Assembly (NCBI GenBank): GCA_021323415.1
Contig: JAJONM010000008.1
Coordinates: 1 to 51,303 of the forward strand
DNA length: 51,303 nt
Direction: 5' to 3'
Source: Rickettsiaceae bacterium
GTDB taxonomy: Bacteria; Pseudomonadota; Alphaproteobacteria; Rickettsiales; UBA6187
In this document: piece after piece, positions 28,560 to 39,751 of the stretch
How the letters are laid out: each line of letters opens with the position of its first letter
Numbering within the stretch: position 1 is the first letter of the stretch
Notes under the pieces: model-generated
The model's input: the letters and a program-made list of their open reading frames with translations, nothing else
Told to the model about the DNA's origin: nothing
The model's database searches: none
Translations under genes and position numbers: made by a program

Positions 28560-28792
28560 TTTTTAGCCTCCTTATAATAATCATCACGGCGTCTTAAAAA
28601 CATTCCAATCACTCTTGATACAAATATCATTATGATACACGAAGCAAAACCAAATCCTGCATAGAAATAATGACGGTTTTCTATACCAGGTTCCGCATTA
28701 GGTAACACCTTATGTGGCACAAAGTGTTCAGCACCCAGCGATGTTAATAACGCAACAGCAAACAAAAACAGAGCTAGTTTATTTCTTTTCAT
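28556..28792 (-). CDS. small two-TM membrane protein embedded in the Mrp-like operon
   Basis: 78 aa. ATGA-type 4-nt overlaps with both flanking MrpD-like genes imply translational coupling. It has two hydrophobic helices. I recognise no family. Confidence 0.6.
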   Translation of the reverse strand: MKRNKLALFLFAVALLTSLGAEHFVPHKVLPNAEPGIENRHYFYAGFGFASCIIMIFVSRVIGMFLRRRDDYYKEAKK

Positions 28793-30318
28793 TCGCTTAC
28801 TCCATCGGTCACAGGTACTGGTAGCGCAGTATCCACCAGGGCGCGAGCAAGCTCTAAAAATATCCCAGGATGGAAAAATAGAACCAAAGTAGCAAGCGCG
28901 GTAAATATTGTAGCTATTACCATAGCAATATTTGCTTCGCCGTAAACCCGCACAATGCTAACGCCATCAGATGCCTTTTCTTTCTCAAAAAAAGCTTTAA
29001 AAATCACTGGTAAGAAATACGCAGTATTTAGCACCATACTCAGCACTATAACCCCAAGTACCCAGTATGCCTCACTTGCAAGCACACCGTCTACCATGTA
29101 CCACTTACTAATAAAACCAAATGTAGGTGGCACACCTATCATTGAAATTGCTGCTATTGTAAATGCTGTCATGGTCCAAGGCATCCTACGACCTACTCCA
29201 GCTAATTGACTAATTTTAGTTTTTTGAGCCGAAGTCTGAATAGCGCCAGCGGCAAAGAACAAAGTGATTTTGCCAAAAGCATGGGCAGCTATTTGCAAAA
29301 CTGCAGCAATAATTGTCTTAGGCGACAATATGGCCAATGAAAGTATAATGTACGATAACTGGCTGATAGTTGAATAAGCCAACATTTTCTTAATGCTATC
29401 CTGCCGGAGAGCGGCAATAGATGCCGTGATAATAGTAAATGACGATATGTATAGTAACCAATCACCAGCATACCAATCCCAGTGCATAAAGCTTTGCAGG
29501 TAATCCACACCGAAAATATAAATAATAATTTTAACTAGTGTAAATACACCAACTTTAACAACCGCAACTGCATGCAGCAACCCACTTACAGGCGCAGGCG
29601 CAACCATAGCAGAAGGTAACCATCTATGCAGCGGCATCAGTGCAGCTTTCGCAGTTCCAAACACAAATAAGAATAACAATATGGCCGAAACTCCTTCGTT
29701 AGCCTTACCAGATAGTATCCCCCCTTTGGTAAAATCAAGAGTGCCAGTACTATTGTAAGTTATAAGTATTGCAGGGAGTAACAATAGCATTGAAGAACCA
29801 AGCAATATGCCCAAATAAGTTCTTCCGGCTTTTTTTGCTTCGGTAGTGCCAGAATGGGTAACAAGCGGATAAGTTGACAGTGTAAGCAATTCATAAAAAA
29901 TAAATAGAGTCAGCAAGTTAGATGCAAAAGCTACACCAACAGATGCAAGTATTGAAAGCGCAAAAAAGCTATAAAACCGGTTTTGGTGCTGTTCGTTATT
30001 ACTACGCATGTAACCAATTGAATAAACAATACTTACAACCCATAAAACAGATAAAACAATAATGAACAACATCCCAAGCGGCTCAGTGGAAAATGCGAGT
30101 GGTAAGCCGGGTAAGATTTCTCCAAACGAAAAAGACAAGGCCTCTTGTCCTGCTTTAAAAATAGCTAGCAGTTTTATAATATTACCAAGGAATAAAAGAG
30201 AAATCGCGACATTAAACGCATCCCTAATATTTGGGAATGGTATAACGGCAGCTCCCACACAGGCAATCAGCGGGATGAGTAGGGTAAACAACAAACTATT
30301 ATCAAAAATCATACTCAT
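28789..30318 (-). CDS. Mrp-like antiporter, MrpD/NuoM/N-type subunit 2
   Basis: 509 aa and polytopic, with 'LFIFYELLTLSTYPLV', 'LMPLHRWLPSAM' and 'KKMLAYSTISQLSYI' proton-antiporter family blocks. Confidence 0.88.
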   Translation of the reverse strand: MSMIFDNSLLFTLLIPLIACVGAAVIPFPNIRDAFNVAISLLFLGNIIKLLAIFKAGQEALSFSFGEILPGLPLAFSTEPLGMLFIIVLSVLWVVSIVYSIGYMRSNNEQHQNRFYSFFALSILASVGVAFASNLLTLFIFYELLTLSTYPLVTHSGTTEAKKAGRTYLGILLGSSMLLLLPAILITYNSTGTLDFTKGGILSGKANEGVSAILLFLFVFGTAKAALMPLHRWLPSAMVAPAPVSGLLHAVAVVKVGVFTLVKIIIYIFGVDYLQSFMHWDWYAGDWLLYISSFTIITASIAALRQDSIKKMLAYSTISQLSYIILSLAILSPKTIIAAVLQIAAHAFGKITLFFAAGAIQTSAQKTKISQLAGVGRRMPWTMTAFTIAAISMIGVPPTFGFISKWYMVDGVLASEAYWVLGVIVLSMVLNTAYFLPVIFKAFFEKEKASDGVSIVRVYGEANIAMVIATIFTALATLVLFFHPGIFLELARALVDTALPVPVTDGVSE

Positions 30319-31787
30319 AAACTAAACAAATATTCAGAGGTTTTAGTAGCAAAATCAATCACGACTGAAGGATATATTCCAAAAACAATAGTTGCGATTG
30401 TAAGCACCCACAATGAAATAAGCATAAGTGGTGGTGCTTCAGCTATTTTAGTATCGCCTAAGGCTTCCGAAAAATATGCGACCTCTATAATACGCCATAT
30501 ATAAACCAGTGATAATAATGAACTTACAACCACCGCCACCAGAACCATCCACATTTCTTTTTCCACTAAGGCTTCAATCAAATACCATTTGCCAATAAAC
30601 CCAGCGGTAAGGGGCAGGCCTATAATGCTAAGGCCAGCAATTACAAAAGCAGCCATAGTAAATGGCATAGTCTTAGCTATACCTCTAAAGGCTTCAATAC
30701 GCACACTTCCACTCTGCAACATTACACATCCAGCTGCCATAAATAATGCTACTTTAGCAAGACTGTGGCTCAAGAACTGAACTATTGTAGCATCTGCGCC
30801 CAACTTACTTACAATGCCTATGCCTAGCAACATGTAGCCCATTTGTGAAATACTGGAATAAGCCAACATACGCTTAATATTTTTTTGGAATATTGCAACT
30901 AAGGCCCCAACAAAAATTGTAAACAACGCCAAAGTAATAAGTATAGATGAGCCGTTCATCTCATCCATGCTAAAGCGGTAGTTAAACACTACAAATATTA
31001 CTCGTAATAATACATATATACCAACTTTGCTGGCAGTCCCAGATAAGAACGAGGATACAAATGACGGTGAATTTGTATATGCGTTAGCAAGCCACATATG
31101 TAGCGGGAATATGCCTATTTTCAAAGCAAGACCTACTATAAAAAATGCTAAAGCAGCCTTAACAGTAGAAGCATAGGTAACCGGAGGAACCCTTATTGAT
31201 AAATCTGATATGTTAAGCGTGCCAGTCATCATATATAAAAGGCCAATACCTATCAGTATGAAAGTTGCGCCTATAGTACCCAATACCAAATATTCAAATG
31301 CAGACATTAGCGCCCGCCTGTCCCGCCCTATCGCAACAAGCGCGTATGAAGCAAGTGATGCAATTTCCAGGAACACAAAGATATTAAACAAATCATTGGT
31401 AATTGAAATGCCAAGGAAACCAGCAAGGCATAACAAGAATATAGCATAAAATAATGGCTGCCTCTTTTTCTCCACTTCAGCACCAACACTACTGTATGAG
31501 TAAACTGAGGTCACAGCAGCAATACCGGAGATAAGAACTAAAAGAAATGCGCTAAGAGTATCTACCCTATATTCAATTCCAACAGGCGCATCCCAATTGC
31601 CCATATCATAGGAAATTGCACCATTTACCCATACTATATGAGCAAGTTTTAAAGACACAAAAAAGGTGACAAATGTTATAATACAAGTAAATAACCAGGC
31701 AAATTTACGGTAAGGCACAACTGCACATACTGGCGCTGCCAGTAGCGGTATAATAACCTGAAGTGCTGGTAAGTTATTAATAATCAA
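30315..31787 (-). CDS. Mrp-like antiporter, MrpD/NuoN-type subunit 1
   Basis: 490 aa with 'FVFLEIASLASYAL', 'FPLHMWLANAY' and 'KRMLAYSSISQMGYM'. It overlaps its neighbours by 4 nt. Confidence 0.88.
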   Translation of the reverse strand: MIINNLPALQVIIPLLAAPVCAVVPYRKFAWLFTCIITFVTFFVSLKLAHIVWVNGAISYDMGNWDAPVGIEYRVDTLSAFLLVLISGIAAVTSVYSYSSVGAEVEKKRQPLFYAIFLLCLAGFLGISITNDLFNIFVFLEIASLASYALVAIGRDRRALMSAFEYLVLGTIGATFILIGIGLLYMMTGTLNISDLSIRVPPVTYASTVKAALAFFIVGLALKIGIFPLHMWLANAYTNSPSFVSSFLSGTASKVGIYVLLRVIFVVFNYRFSMDEMNGSSILITLALFTIFVGALVAIFQKNIKRMLAYSSISQMGYMLLGIGIVSKLGADATIVQFLSHSLAKVALFMAAGCVMLQSGSVRIEAFRGIAKTMPFTMAAFVIAGLSIIGLPLTAGFIGKWYLIEALVEKEMWMVLVAVVVSSLLSLVYIWRIIEVAYFSEALGDTKIAEAPPLMLISLWVLTIATIVFGIYPSVVIDFATKTSEYLFSL

Positions 31788-32158
31788 ATTTTATTCTCCT
31801 GATTGTTCATTTCTACATCAAGAGCAATAATTTCATCTTCTTCAATAGTGCCATAAGCTTCTTTAATGCGCACTATCAGTGCCAAGCCTACAGCCATTAC
31901 AGCAACTCCCACTACTATGGCAGTTAGCATCAACACTTGCGGAATGGGATTAACATATAGTGTCACTCCTTCTTTTAGTACTGGCACAGCACCATCTTTT
32001 ACATATCCTCCAGAAATATAAAGCAGTAGTACAGAAATCTGGAATATCGATAGTGACATAATTTTTTTTATTAAATTACCGCGTGCTATGATGCCATAAA
32101 AGCCAACCATCATAAGCAAAATAGCCATCCAATAATTATAGCCTTCAATGAGTATCAC
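31784..32158 (-). CDS. Mrp-like antiporter subunit C (NuoK-like)
   Basis: 124 aa with three TM helices. 'LIKKIMSLSIFQISVLLLYIS' and 'PQVLMLTAIVVGVAVMAVGLALIVRI' match the MnhC/NuoK pattern. Confidence 0.85.
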   Translation of the reverse strand: MILIEGYNYWMAILLMMVGFYGIIARGNLIKKIMSLSIFQISVLLLYISGGYVKDGAVPVLKEGVTLYVNPIPQVLMLTAIVVGVAVMAVGLALIVRIKEAYGTIEEDEIIALDVEMNNQENKI

Positions 32159-32571
32159 TTTGACCTCTCTGCAAACATATAGAATATAAGCATCACCACT
32201 GAAAATACCGTTACCCCTACACCGATCTCAACTGCCATCATTCCTACTTGTTGGCCAAGAAGTGAATCCTGAGACAGCGATGAATATGCAAGGAATTTAT
32301 CGCCATGCAACATAGTGACTACACCTGTGCCACCATAAATTAAAACTCCTACAGAGCTAAGAAATTTCACAAGGTTTACGGAGACAATTTTAGTTAAATC
32401 ACCAAGACCATGTACCAAACCATAAGTAATAAGAGCCGCAGCACAGATTACTCCGGCCTGGAATCCGCCACCTGGGCTTTGCTCGCCATGGAATTGGACA
32501 TATAGCCCGAACATAAACATAAACGGAACTATAACCTTAATTATTGTACGGAGTATGATGTCATCATCCAT
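32155..32571 (-). CDS. Mrp-like antiporter subunit B (MnhB domain)
   Basis: 'FGLYVQFHGEQSPGGGFQAGVICAAA' is the MnhB signature. ATG 32571 sits 9 nt after AAGGAG (32586-32581), so it is preferred over the track start 32619. Confidence 0.85.
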   Translation of the reverse strand: MDDDIILRTIIKVIVPFMFMFGLYVQFHGEQSPGGGFQAGVICAAALITYGLVHGLGDLTKIVSVNLVKFLSSVGVLIYGGTGVVTMLHGDKFLAYSSLSQDSLLGQQVGMMAVEIGVGVTVFSVVMLIFYMFAERSK

Positions 32572-33121
32572 TTTCATCATCTCCTTTTTTATCAAATCTG
32601 CCCAATAGTAGCATAACAACTAATGCAGCGGTAAATATTACTATAGCTTCACCCATAGTATCATAGGCCCTATAGCTAGCCAGTATTGAAGTAACAGTGC
32701 TTGGCACAGCCATATCAACTGGTGTATTTTCAATATAATAACGGGCGATATGAGCATGCGACGGGGCATACTTGTTGCCAAATGCTGGCATATCAAAAGT
32801 TGCGTACAGCAAACCAGCACCAACCAATGTGACAATAACTAATGGTATAAAATTAGGCTTAACTCTCTTTTCCTTATCGCCAACTAAGAATAATGCAAGC
32901 AATAACAAAATTGTACCTATGCCAGCACCAACGGCAGCTTCAGTGAATGCTACATCAGCCGCGCCCAAAACCATATACTCAGCCGCCATAAGCAAGCTAA
33001 GAATGGCAAGCAGAACCGTACTTGTTATTAAATCCTTGGCATTAATAACTGCAAGCGCAACTAGTATCATTAAGAATAATATAATCGCATCAAGACTGAA
33101 ACTGCTGCTTATAATTGCCAT
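32564..33121 (-). CDS. Mrp-like antiporter MrpA-C-terminal/MrpB-related subunit (DUF4040, MbhD/MbhE-like)
   Basis: 185 aa. 'AADVAFTEAAVGAGIGTILLL' (DUF4040-type) is followed by 'VTSILASYRAYDTMGEAIVIFTAAL' (MnhB-N-terminal-like). Confidence 0.75.
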   Translation of the reverse strand: MAIISSSFSLDAIILFLMILVALAVINAKDLITSTVLLAILSLLMAAEYMVLGAADVAFTEAAVGAGIGTILLLLALFLVGDKEKRVKPNFIPLVIVTLVGAGLLYATFDMPAFGNKYAPSHAHIARYYIENTPVDMAVPSTVTSILASYRAYDTMGEAIVIFTAALVVMLLLGRFDKKGDDENG

Positions 33122-33435
33122 TATTTTTTGTCCCTTGTTATAGGTTTCAGACCAAAAAATAATGCCGCCTTTGCCAGCGCATGAGTTGATGTCGGACTTG
33201 TTATTAATATGAAAAACACCAACAACATAATTTTAGCAGATAAGAAAGAAAATCCATGTTGTATCGCAACGCCAATCAGTACCAAAGGCGCACCAAATGA
33301 ATCAGCAAGACCAGCAGGATGAAGACGCGTGAAAAAATCTGGCATACGCAAAACACCAAGCGCAGCCGTAAATATGAAGAAAACTCCACTTACAATAAAA
33401 CAATATCCTAAAATTTGCACAAACAAAGCTAGCAT
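33121..33435 (-). CDS. Mrp-like antiporter subunit G
   Basis: 104 aa. 'ALGVLRMPDFFTRLHPAGLADSFGAPLVLIG' matches the PhaG/MnhG pattern. Confidence 0.85.
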   Translation of the reverse strand: MLALFVQILGYCFIVSGVFFIFTAALGVLRMPDFFTRLHPAGLADSFGAPLVLIGVAIQHGFSFLSAKIMLLVFFILITSPTSTHALAKAALFFGLKPITRDKK

Positions 33436-33696
33436 CTATTTTTCCGATGGATCATATTTAAAATAACGCAACAGCGCAAAAGTGGTGACAAAGTTAACAA
33501 GACCATAAGTAATTGCGATATCAATAAAGAATTCCGTATCACGCATATGCCCGACCAGGACTATAAGAGCTATAAATATAGTCGCGAACATATTAGCGGC
33601 AAGTATGCGGTCAAAAGCAGTAGAGCCGACAATGCCACGTATTATCGTCATCGCCATTGCCATCAAAAGACCAAAAACTGCTGCCTCTAAAATCAC
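33436..33696 (-). CDS. Mrp-like antiporter subunit F
   Basis: 86 aa. 'IIRGIVGSTAFDRILAANMFAT' matches the MrpF/PhaF pattern. It overlaps subunit E by 4 nt. Confidence 0.85.
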   Translation of the reverse strand: MILEAAVFGLLMAMAMTIIRGIVGSTAFDRILAANMFATIFIALIVLVGHMRDTEFFIDIAITYGLVNFVTTFALLRYFKYDPSEK

Positions 33697-34187
33697 TTTA
33701 CCTGCTCTTTCTTTTTTATAATTTTGGCTACTTTACTATACCCAACGCCATCACGAATTTGCTGGATGCCTTCTTTTGTTAGCGCATGCACCTGCACCAT
33801 GCCATCAGCACGCACATTAGTAGTAACCGTCCCTGGAGTTAAGGTAATTGAGTTAGCAAAAATGGTAAGGCCTATATCGTCCTTTAAAGGCGTTGGGATC
33901 CAATCAATTTCAGGGGAGATCTCTGGCTCAAGCTGCCACATTTTTTTGCTCACACTCAGGCTTGAAGATGTAATTTCTTTTATTAGCCACACTATATAAA
34001 GTGGGAACCTGACCATTAGTATTAGTAGGTTACACTTTTCATCAGTGCTTTTACTAATTTTAACAAAAAGTACGGTTGAAATTAAACAGCTAAGCACCCC
34101 AACTACTATAAAAAATGGGGTAAAGAAGCCCGAAAAAATAAGCCACGTACCCAATAACAATATAAAAAGCACGACACGGTTTAGCAC
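33693..34187 (-). CDS. Mrp-like antiporter subunit E
   Basis: 164 aa with a GTG start. 'ANSITLTPGTVT' is the MnhE signature. It is the first gene of the operon. Confidence 0.85.
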   Translation of the reverse strand: MLNRVVLFILLLGTWLIFSGFFTPFFIVVGVLSCLISTVLFVKISKSTDEKCNLLILMVRFPLYIVWLIKEITSSSLSVSKKMWQLEPEISPEIDWIPTPLKDDIGLTIFANSITLTPGTVTTNVRADGMVQVHALTKEGIQQIRDGVGYSKVAKIIKKKEQVK

Positions 34188-34295
34188 AAAACGAACCTTA
34201 ATTAAAAAATTAAAATTACGAGTGAAGCATTATGCACGAAACAAACTTCCTGCCAAGGAAAAGTTTATAGTAGTTACTGATTTTGAATAGGATTT

Positions 34296-35536
<1,241 letters not shown>

Positions 35537-36627
35537 TATTTTCTAAAAAACACGCATCCCCATAAGAAAAGAACCTATAATTTTTCTCTATCGCATGAGC
35601 ATATGCGGCTTTCATCTTTTCCATGCCCGCAAAAGCGCAAACTAGCATAAACAACGTCGATTTTGGTAAATGAAAATTAGTCAGCAGGCAATCAATAATT
35701 TTAAATTTATAGCCAGGCGTAATGAAAATATCGGTCTCACCTTCAAATTTTTTTAAATTACCCTTTTCATCAGCTACAGTTTCAAGCAGCCGCATCGCGG
35801 TTGTTCCAACTGCAATCACCCTGCCACCTGATGCCCTTACATCATTTATAATATCTGCAGTTTCCTGTGAAATAATGCATAATTCTGAGTGCATCTTATG
35901 GTCTTTGGTATTCTCTACTTTCATAGGAAGAAATGTGCCAGCGCCAACATGCAAGGTAGTAAATGCAATTTTTACACCTTTTGCTTTAATTTTTTCAAGC
36001 AACTCATCAGTAAAATGGAGTCCCGCAGTTGGAGCTGCAACAGCACCTCGGTTTTTCGCATAAACAGTTTGATAATCACTTGCATCGCTTGGCTTCGCGC
36101 CATCATCGCGTTCAATATAAGGAGGCAGCGGCGGAGAGCCAAACTGATTTAGCTTTTTATAAAACTCTTCACCTTTCGTACAAAATTGGAGAGTAACCTC
36201 TCCCTCTTCCTTATCTAGCACTACTGCTGAAAAACTTTCAGATATCTTCAAAACATCTTGTTCTTCCAGTTTTTTTGCAGGTCTGGCAAAAGCTTTCCAA
36301 ACACCATCTGAAACATTTTTATGCAGAGTAACTTCAACCTTTGCTTCACCTCGCATTCCTTTTAGCTGCGCAGGTATTACTTTGGTGTCATTGAATACCA
36401 TAACATCACCTGGGTTAAGCAGGTCTAACAGATACGGGATATTTTGATCTAGAACGCCAGATTCTTTCACATATAAAAGTTTAGCAGAATCACGAGGATC
36501 CGCTGGGCTGGTGGCTATAAAATTACGTGGGAGTTCAAAATCAAAATCACTGACCAGCATATTGACTGCACCTCTTGTTGCCTCTCGCATACGTAATTAG
36601 CGAGGTCTACTTACACAAAATAAAACA

Positions 36628-36648
36628 CCCCGCAACAAGAGTGCGGGG
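36628..36648 (-). terminator. rho-independent terminator after the cyclophilin gene
   Basis: The minus strand reads CCCCGCA-CTCTTGT-TGCGGGG followed by TGTTTTATTTTGTG. It lies 60 nt downstream of the stop at 36709. Confidence 0.7.
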
Positions 36649-36708
36649 CGATCCTAATACCAAATATAAAGTTCAATTTAAACGGGCATTTAAAATTGGA
36701 ATACAATT

Positions 36709-37284
36709 CTATTTCTTTTCGTCAGCAGCTACAGTCATACTGATAATCTTATCAGGATTATCAACTTTGCCGTTTTGACGTGGGTCACCTTTTTTTATGC
36801 CATCAACAAATTCCATTCCTTCAACCACTTTACCAAATACGGTATATTGGCCATCTAAGAAATGAGAATCTTCAAATACTATGAAGAACTGGCTATTCGC
36901 ACTGTTAGGATCTCCAGCACGCGCCATTGAAATCACACCTCTATCATGAGGCACAGTATTAAATTCAGCTTTCAGATTAGGTTTTTTAGAACCACCCATA
37001 CCAGTTCCAGTAGGATCCCCAGTTTGGGCCATGAACCCGTTAATCACACGATGAAACACTACACCATTATAGAATTTATCACGGGTTAGTTCTTTGATTC
37101 TTTCTACGTGCTTAGGAGCTACGTCTGGCATCAACTCGATAACTACACGTCCACCAGCTAGTTGCATATATATAGTATTTTCAAGCTTTGCTTTATCAGC
37201 TTTACCAGCACCTTCATTAGCCATAACAGAGCTACCCATAAATAAAACTGTTAGAATTAGAATTAATATATTTCTTAGTTTCAT
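36709..37284 (-). CDS. peptidyl-prolyl cis-trans isomerase, cyclophilin type (periplasmic)
   Basis: Signal peptide 'MKLRNILILILTVLFMGSSVMA', then 'FHRVINGFMAQTGDPTGTGMGGS' and 'SMARAGDPNSANSQFFI'. Confidence 0.93.
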   Translation of the reverse strand: MKLRNILILILTVLFMGSSVMANEGAGKADKAKLENTIYMQLAGGRVVIELMPDVAPKHVERIKELTRDKFYNGVVFHRVINGFMAQTGDPTGTGMGGSKKPNLKAEFNTVPHDRGVISMARAGDPNSANSQFFIVFEDSHFLDGQYTVFGKVVEGMEFVDGIKKGDPRQNGKVDNPDKIISMTVAADEKK

Positions 37285-37315
37285 ATTAAAGTACCTCTTT
37301 AAAATTAATAACTAA

Positions 37316-37738
37316 TTAAGCTGTTTGCTCCTCATTATTTACTGCAAGCTGAGGACCAGAATCTTTACCTTTTGCTGATTCATCACGGTCAACAAATTCG
37401 ATAATAGCAACAGCGGCATTATCTCCATGACGGTAACCAGCTTTTATAATACGCAAATAGCCACCATTACGAGCCTTATAACGATTACCTAAAACAGCAA
37501 ATAGCTTGGTTACAGCGCTTTCGTCATAAAGGTAAGCCAGTGCCTGACGTCTTGCATGCAAGTCACCTCTTTTTGCCAGGGTAACAAGTTTTTCTACGAT
37601 TGGGCGTAAATCCTTCGCTTTAGGTAAAGTTGTCTTAATTTGCTCATGCTTAATCAAGCTAGCTGATAAGTTAGCAAATAGTGACCTTCTGTGTCCTTTG
37701 CTTCTATTTAATTTACGTCCTTTTAAACCGTGGCGCAT
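37316..37738 (-). CDS. rplQ: 50S ribosomal protein L17
   Basis: The '[24 protein letters not shown]' N-terminus. It follows rpoA. Confidence 0.97.
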   Translation of the reverse strand: MRHGLKGRKLNRSKGHRRSLFANLSASLIKHEQIKTTLPKAKDLRPIVEKLVTLAKRGDLHARRQALAYLYDESAVTKLFAVLGNRYKARNGGYLRIIKAGYRHGDNAAVAIIEFVDRDESAKGKDSGPQLAVNNEEQTA

Positions 37739-37753
37739 TTTACTTTTCCTTCG

Positions 37754-37834
37754 TTACTTGTTACTAGTTACTGGTTACTAGTAACTAATTTATCGTTAAT
37801 TTTTTACTTGCTAGCAACTGGTCGCTAGCAACTA
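37754..37834. repeat. duplicated palindrome-containing motif in the rpoA-rplQ spacer
   Basis: TTACTTGTTACTAGTTACTGGTTACTAGTAACTA (37754-37787) and TTACTTGCTAGCAACTGGTCGCTAGCAACTA (37804-37834) are related copies. They contain the perfect palindromes GTTACTAGTAAC (37774-37785) and TTGCTAGCAA (37808-37817). Confidence 0.6.
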
Positions 37835-37838
37835 CTCT

Positions 37839-38858
37839 CTAATATGGATCTTCAAATCTTTTTGCTAAATCTTCAATATTTTCAGGTGGCCAACCATCAA
37901 CATCCATACCGAAACGTAAGCCCATGCTAGCTAACACTTCTTTTATTTCATTCAATGATTTACGACCAAAATTCGGAGTTTTTAGCATTTCTGCTTCGCT
38001 CTTTCTTACCAGATCGCCTATGTAAACGATGTTATCATTCTTTAGGCAGTTCTGTGAACGTACAGATAGCTCAAGCTCATCAACTTTCTTAAGCAAGTTT
38101 CTATCAAATTTAAGAGCTTCCTCTTGAACCGCAGTTTCTTCCTGAACTTCTTCGAAGCTTACGAAAGTATTTAATTGGTCCTGTAAAATTCTAGCCGCTA
38201 AAGCAACAGACATTTCAGGATTGATAGTACCGTCAGTTTCAACATCTATAAATAGCTTATCATAGTTAGTAACACGACCAACACGGCTATTTTCAACTTT
38301 ATACGTAACCAGTTTTACCGGGCTAAACAATGAATCAACTGGTATTAATCCAATTGGAGCATCAGCAGGCCTGTTTTGGCTAGCCGGAACATAACCTTTG
38401 CCAGTTTCTACTGTGAGCTCTGCTGAGAACTTCTCACCTTCATTCAGGTGACAAATAACCAAGTCTTTATTAATTATTTCAACATCAGAACCAGACTCAA
38501 TCATACCAGCCGTTACAATGCAAGGGCCGGTCGCATTAAGTGATACGCGTTTTCTCTCTGAAGAATTCATACGTACTATAATAGACTTTACGTTTAGTAC
38601 TACGTCAGTAACATCTTCCCTTACACCAGGGATGGAAGCAAACTCGTGCAGAACACCTTCGATTTTTATAGCCGTTACCGCCGCTCCTTGCAGAGAAGAA
38701 AGCATAACACGACGTAAAGCGTTACCTAAGGTTATACCAAAACCAGTCTCTAAAGGCTCAACAACTATTTGCCCTTGAGCATCAGGGTTACGACCTGGTG
38801 TAACCTGGATTTTCGAAGGTTTTATTAACTCATTCCAATTTCTAGCTACAGATATCAC
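37839..38858 (-). CDS. rpoA: DNA-directed RNA polymerase subunit alpha
   Basis: 339 aa with the N-terminal '[12 protein letters not shown]' and the C-terminal domain '[21 protein letters not shown]'. It lies between rpsK and rplQ. Confidence 0.97.
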   Translation of the reverse strand: MISVARNWNELIKPSKIQVTPGRNPDAQGQIVVEPLETGFGITLGNALRRVMLSSLQGAAVTAIKIEGVLHEFASIPGVREDVTDVVLNVKSIIVRMNSSERKRVSLNATGPCIVTAGMIESGSDVEIINKDLVICHLNEGEKFSAELTVETGKGYVPASQNRPADAPIGLIPVDSLFSPVKLVTYKVENSRVGRVTNYDKLFIDVETDGTINPEMSVALAARILQDQLNTFVSFEEVQEETAVQEEALKFDRNLLKKVDELELSVRSQNCLKNDNIVYIGDLVRKSEAEMLKTPNFGRKSLNEIKEVLASMGLRFGMDVDGWPPENIEDLAKRFEDPY

Positions 38859-38908
38859 GGATTTTATCCTCTCTTTGATTACAAGCTTTTCGAATTAAAT
38901 AGTAACGG

Positions 38909-39304
38909 CTATACACGTCTACGTTTACGTGGACGGCAACCATTATGTGGAACAGGAGTTATATCCTTTATCGCAATAACGTTAAAGCCAACAGATTGTA
39001 GGGCCCTTAGTGCCGACTCACGACCTGCGCCCGGACCTTTTACTCTAACTTCCTGGATAGTTTTCACACCATGCTCTTGAGCCGCTTTACCAACATGCTC
39101 TGCTGTAACCTGAGCAGCATATGGAGTTGACTTTCTCGACCCCTTGAATCCCTGACCACCGGCAGTAGACCAAGCAATAACATTACCGCTTAAATCAGTT
39201 ATTGCTATTATAAGGTTGTTAAATGACGCATTAATATGCGCTATTCCAACAGGAACATTTTTCCTTTGACGTTTTTTTACACGTGCAGTAGCTTCTTTAG
39301 TCAT
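38909..39304 (-). CDS. rpsK: 30S ribosomal protein S11
   Basis: '[18 protein letters not shown]' and '[14 protein letters not shown]'. Confidence 0.97.
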   Translation of the reverse strand: MTKEATARVKKRQRKNVPVGIAHINASFNNLIIAITDLSGNVIAWSTAGGQGFKGSRKSTPYAAQVTAEHVGKAAQEHGVKTIQEVRVKGPGAGRESALRALQSVGFNVIAIKDITPVPHNGCRPRKRRRV

Positions 39305-39311
39305 ATCTCAC

Positions 39312-39680
39312 CTATTTCTTCTTACCAGCAATTGCTATAGCTTTACCTTTTCTTGTTCTTGCATTTGTATGCGTACGCTGACCACGAACCGGCAGTTTTT
39401 TACGATGTCTTAAGCCCCTGTAGCAACCTAAATCCATGAGCTGCTTTATATTGAAAGAAACTTTATTTCTAAGCTCCCCTTCAACATCGTAATGTTCATC
39501 AATGTATTCACGAATTTTAATTGCCTCGTCATCAGCTAACTGATGAACACGTTTAGTAGGGTCGATACCAACAACTTCAAGAATTTTACAAGAAGTTGGA
39601 AATCCTATCCCATAAATATATGTTAAGGCAATATCAATCCTTTTAGCTGAAGGAAGGTTTACACCGGCTATACGCGCCAC
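39312..39680 (-). CDS. rpsM: 30S ribosomal protein S13
   Basis: '[10 protein letters not shown]', '[26 protein letters not shown]'. Confidence 0.97.
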   Translation of the reverse strand: MARIAGVNLPSAKRIDIALTYIYGIGFPTSCKILEVVGIDPTKRVHQLADDEAIKIREYIDEHYDVEGELRNKVSFNIKQLMDLGCYRGLRHRKKLPVRGQRTHTNARTRKGKAIAIAGKKK

Positions 39681-39751
39681 TAGCTTTACTCCATATTTAA
39701 TAAAAAAAATCCATTCCCAACACTAGGGAGGCGTTATGATAGAAATATTTT

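Noticed and set aside
27244-33143. Plus-strand and out-of-frame ORFs within the Mrp-like operon (e.g. 27244..27603, 28955..29209, 29289..29510, 30062..30325, 30589..30780, 31210..31449, 32641..32835, 32772..33143, 33724..33999, 34045..34290)
   Set aside because: All are embedded in or antisense to the membrane-protein genes of a tightly coupled operon. Their composition is consistent with shadow frames.
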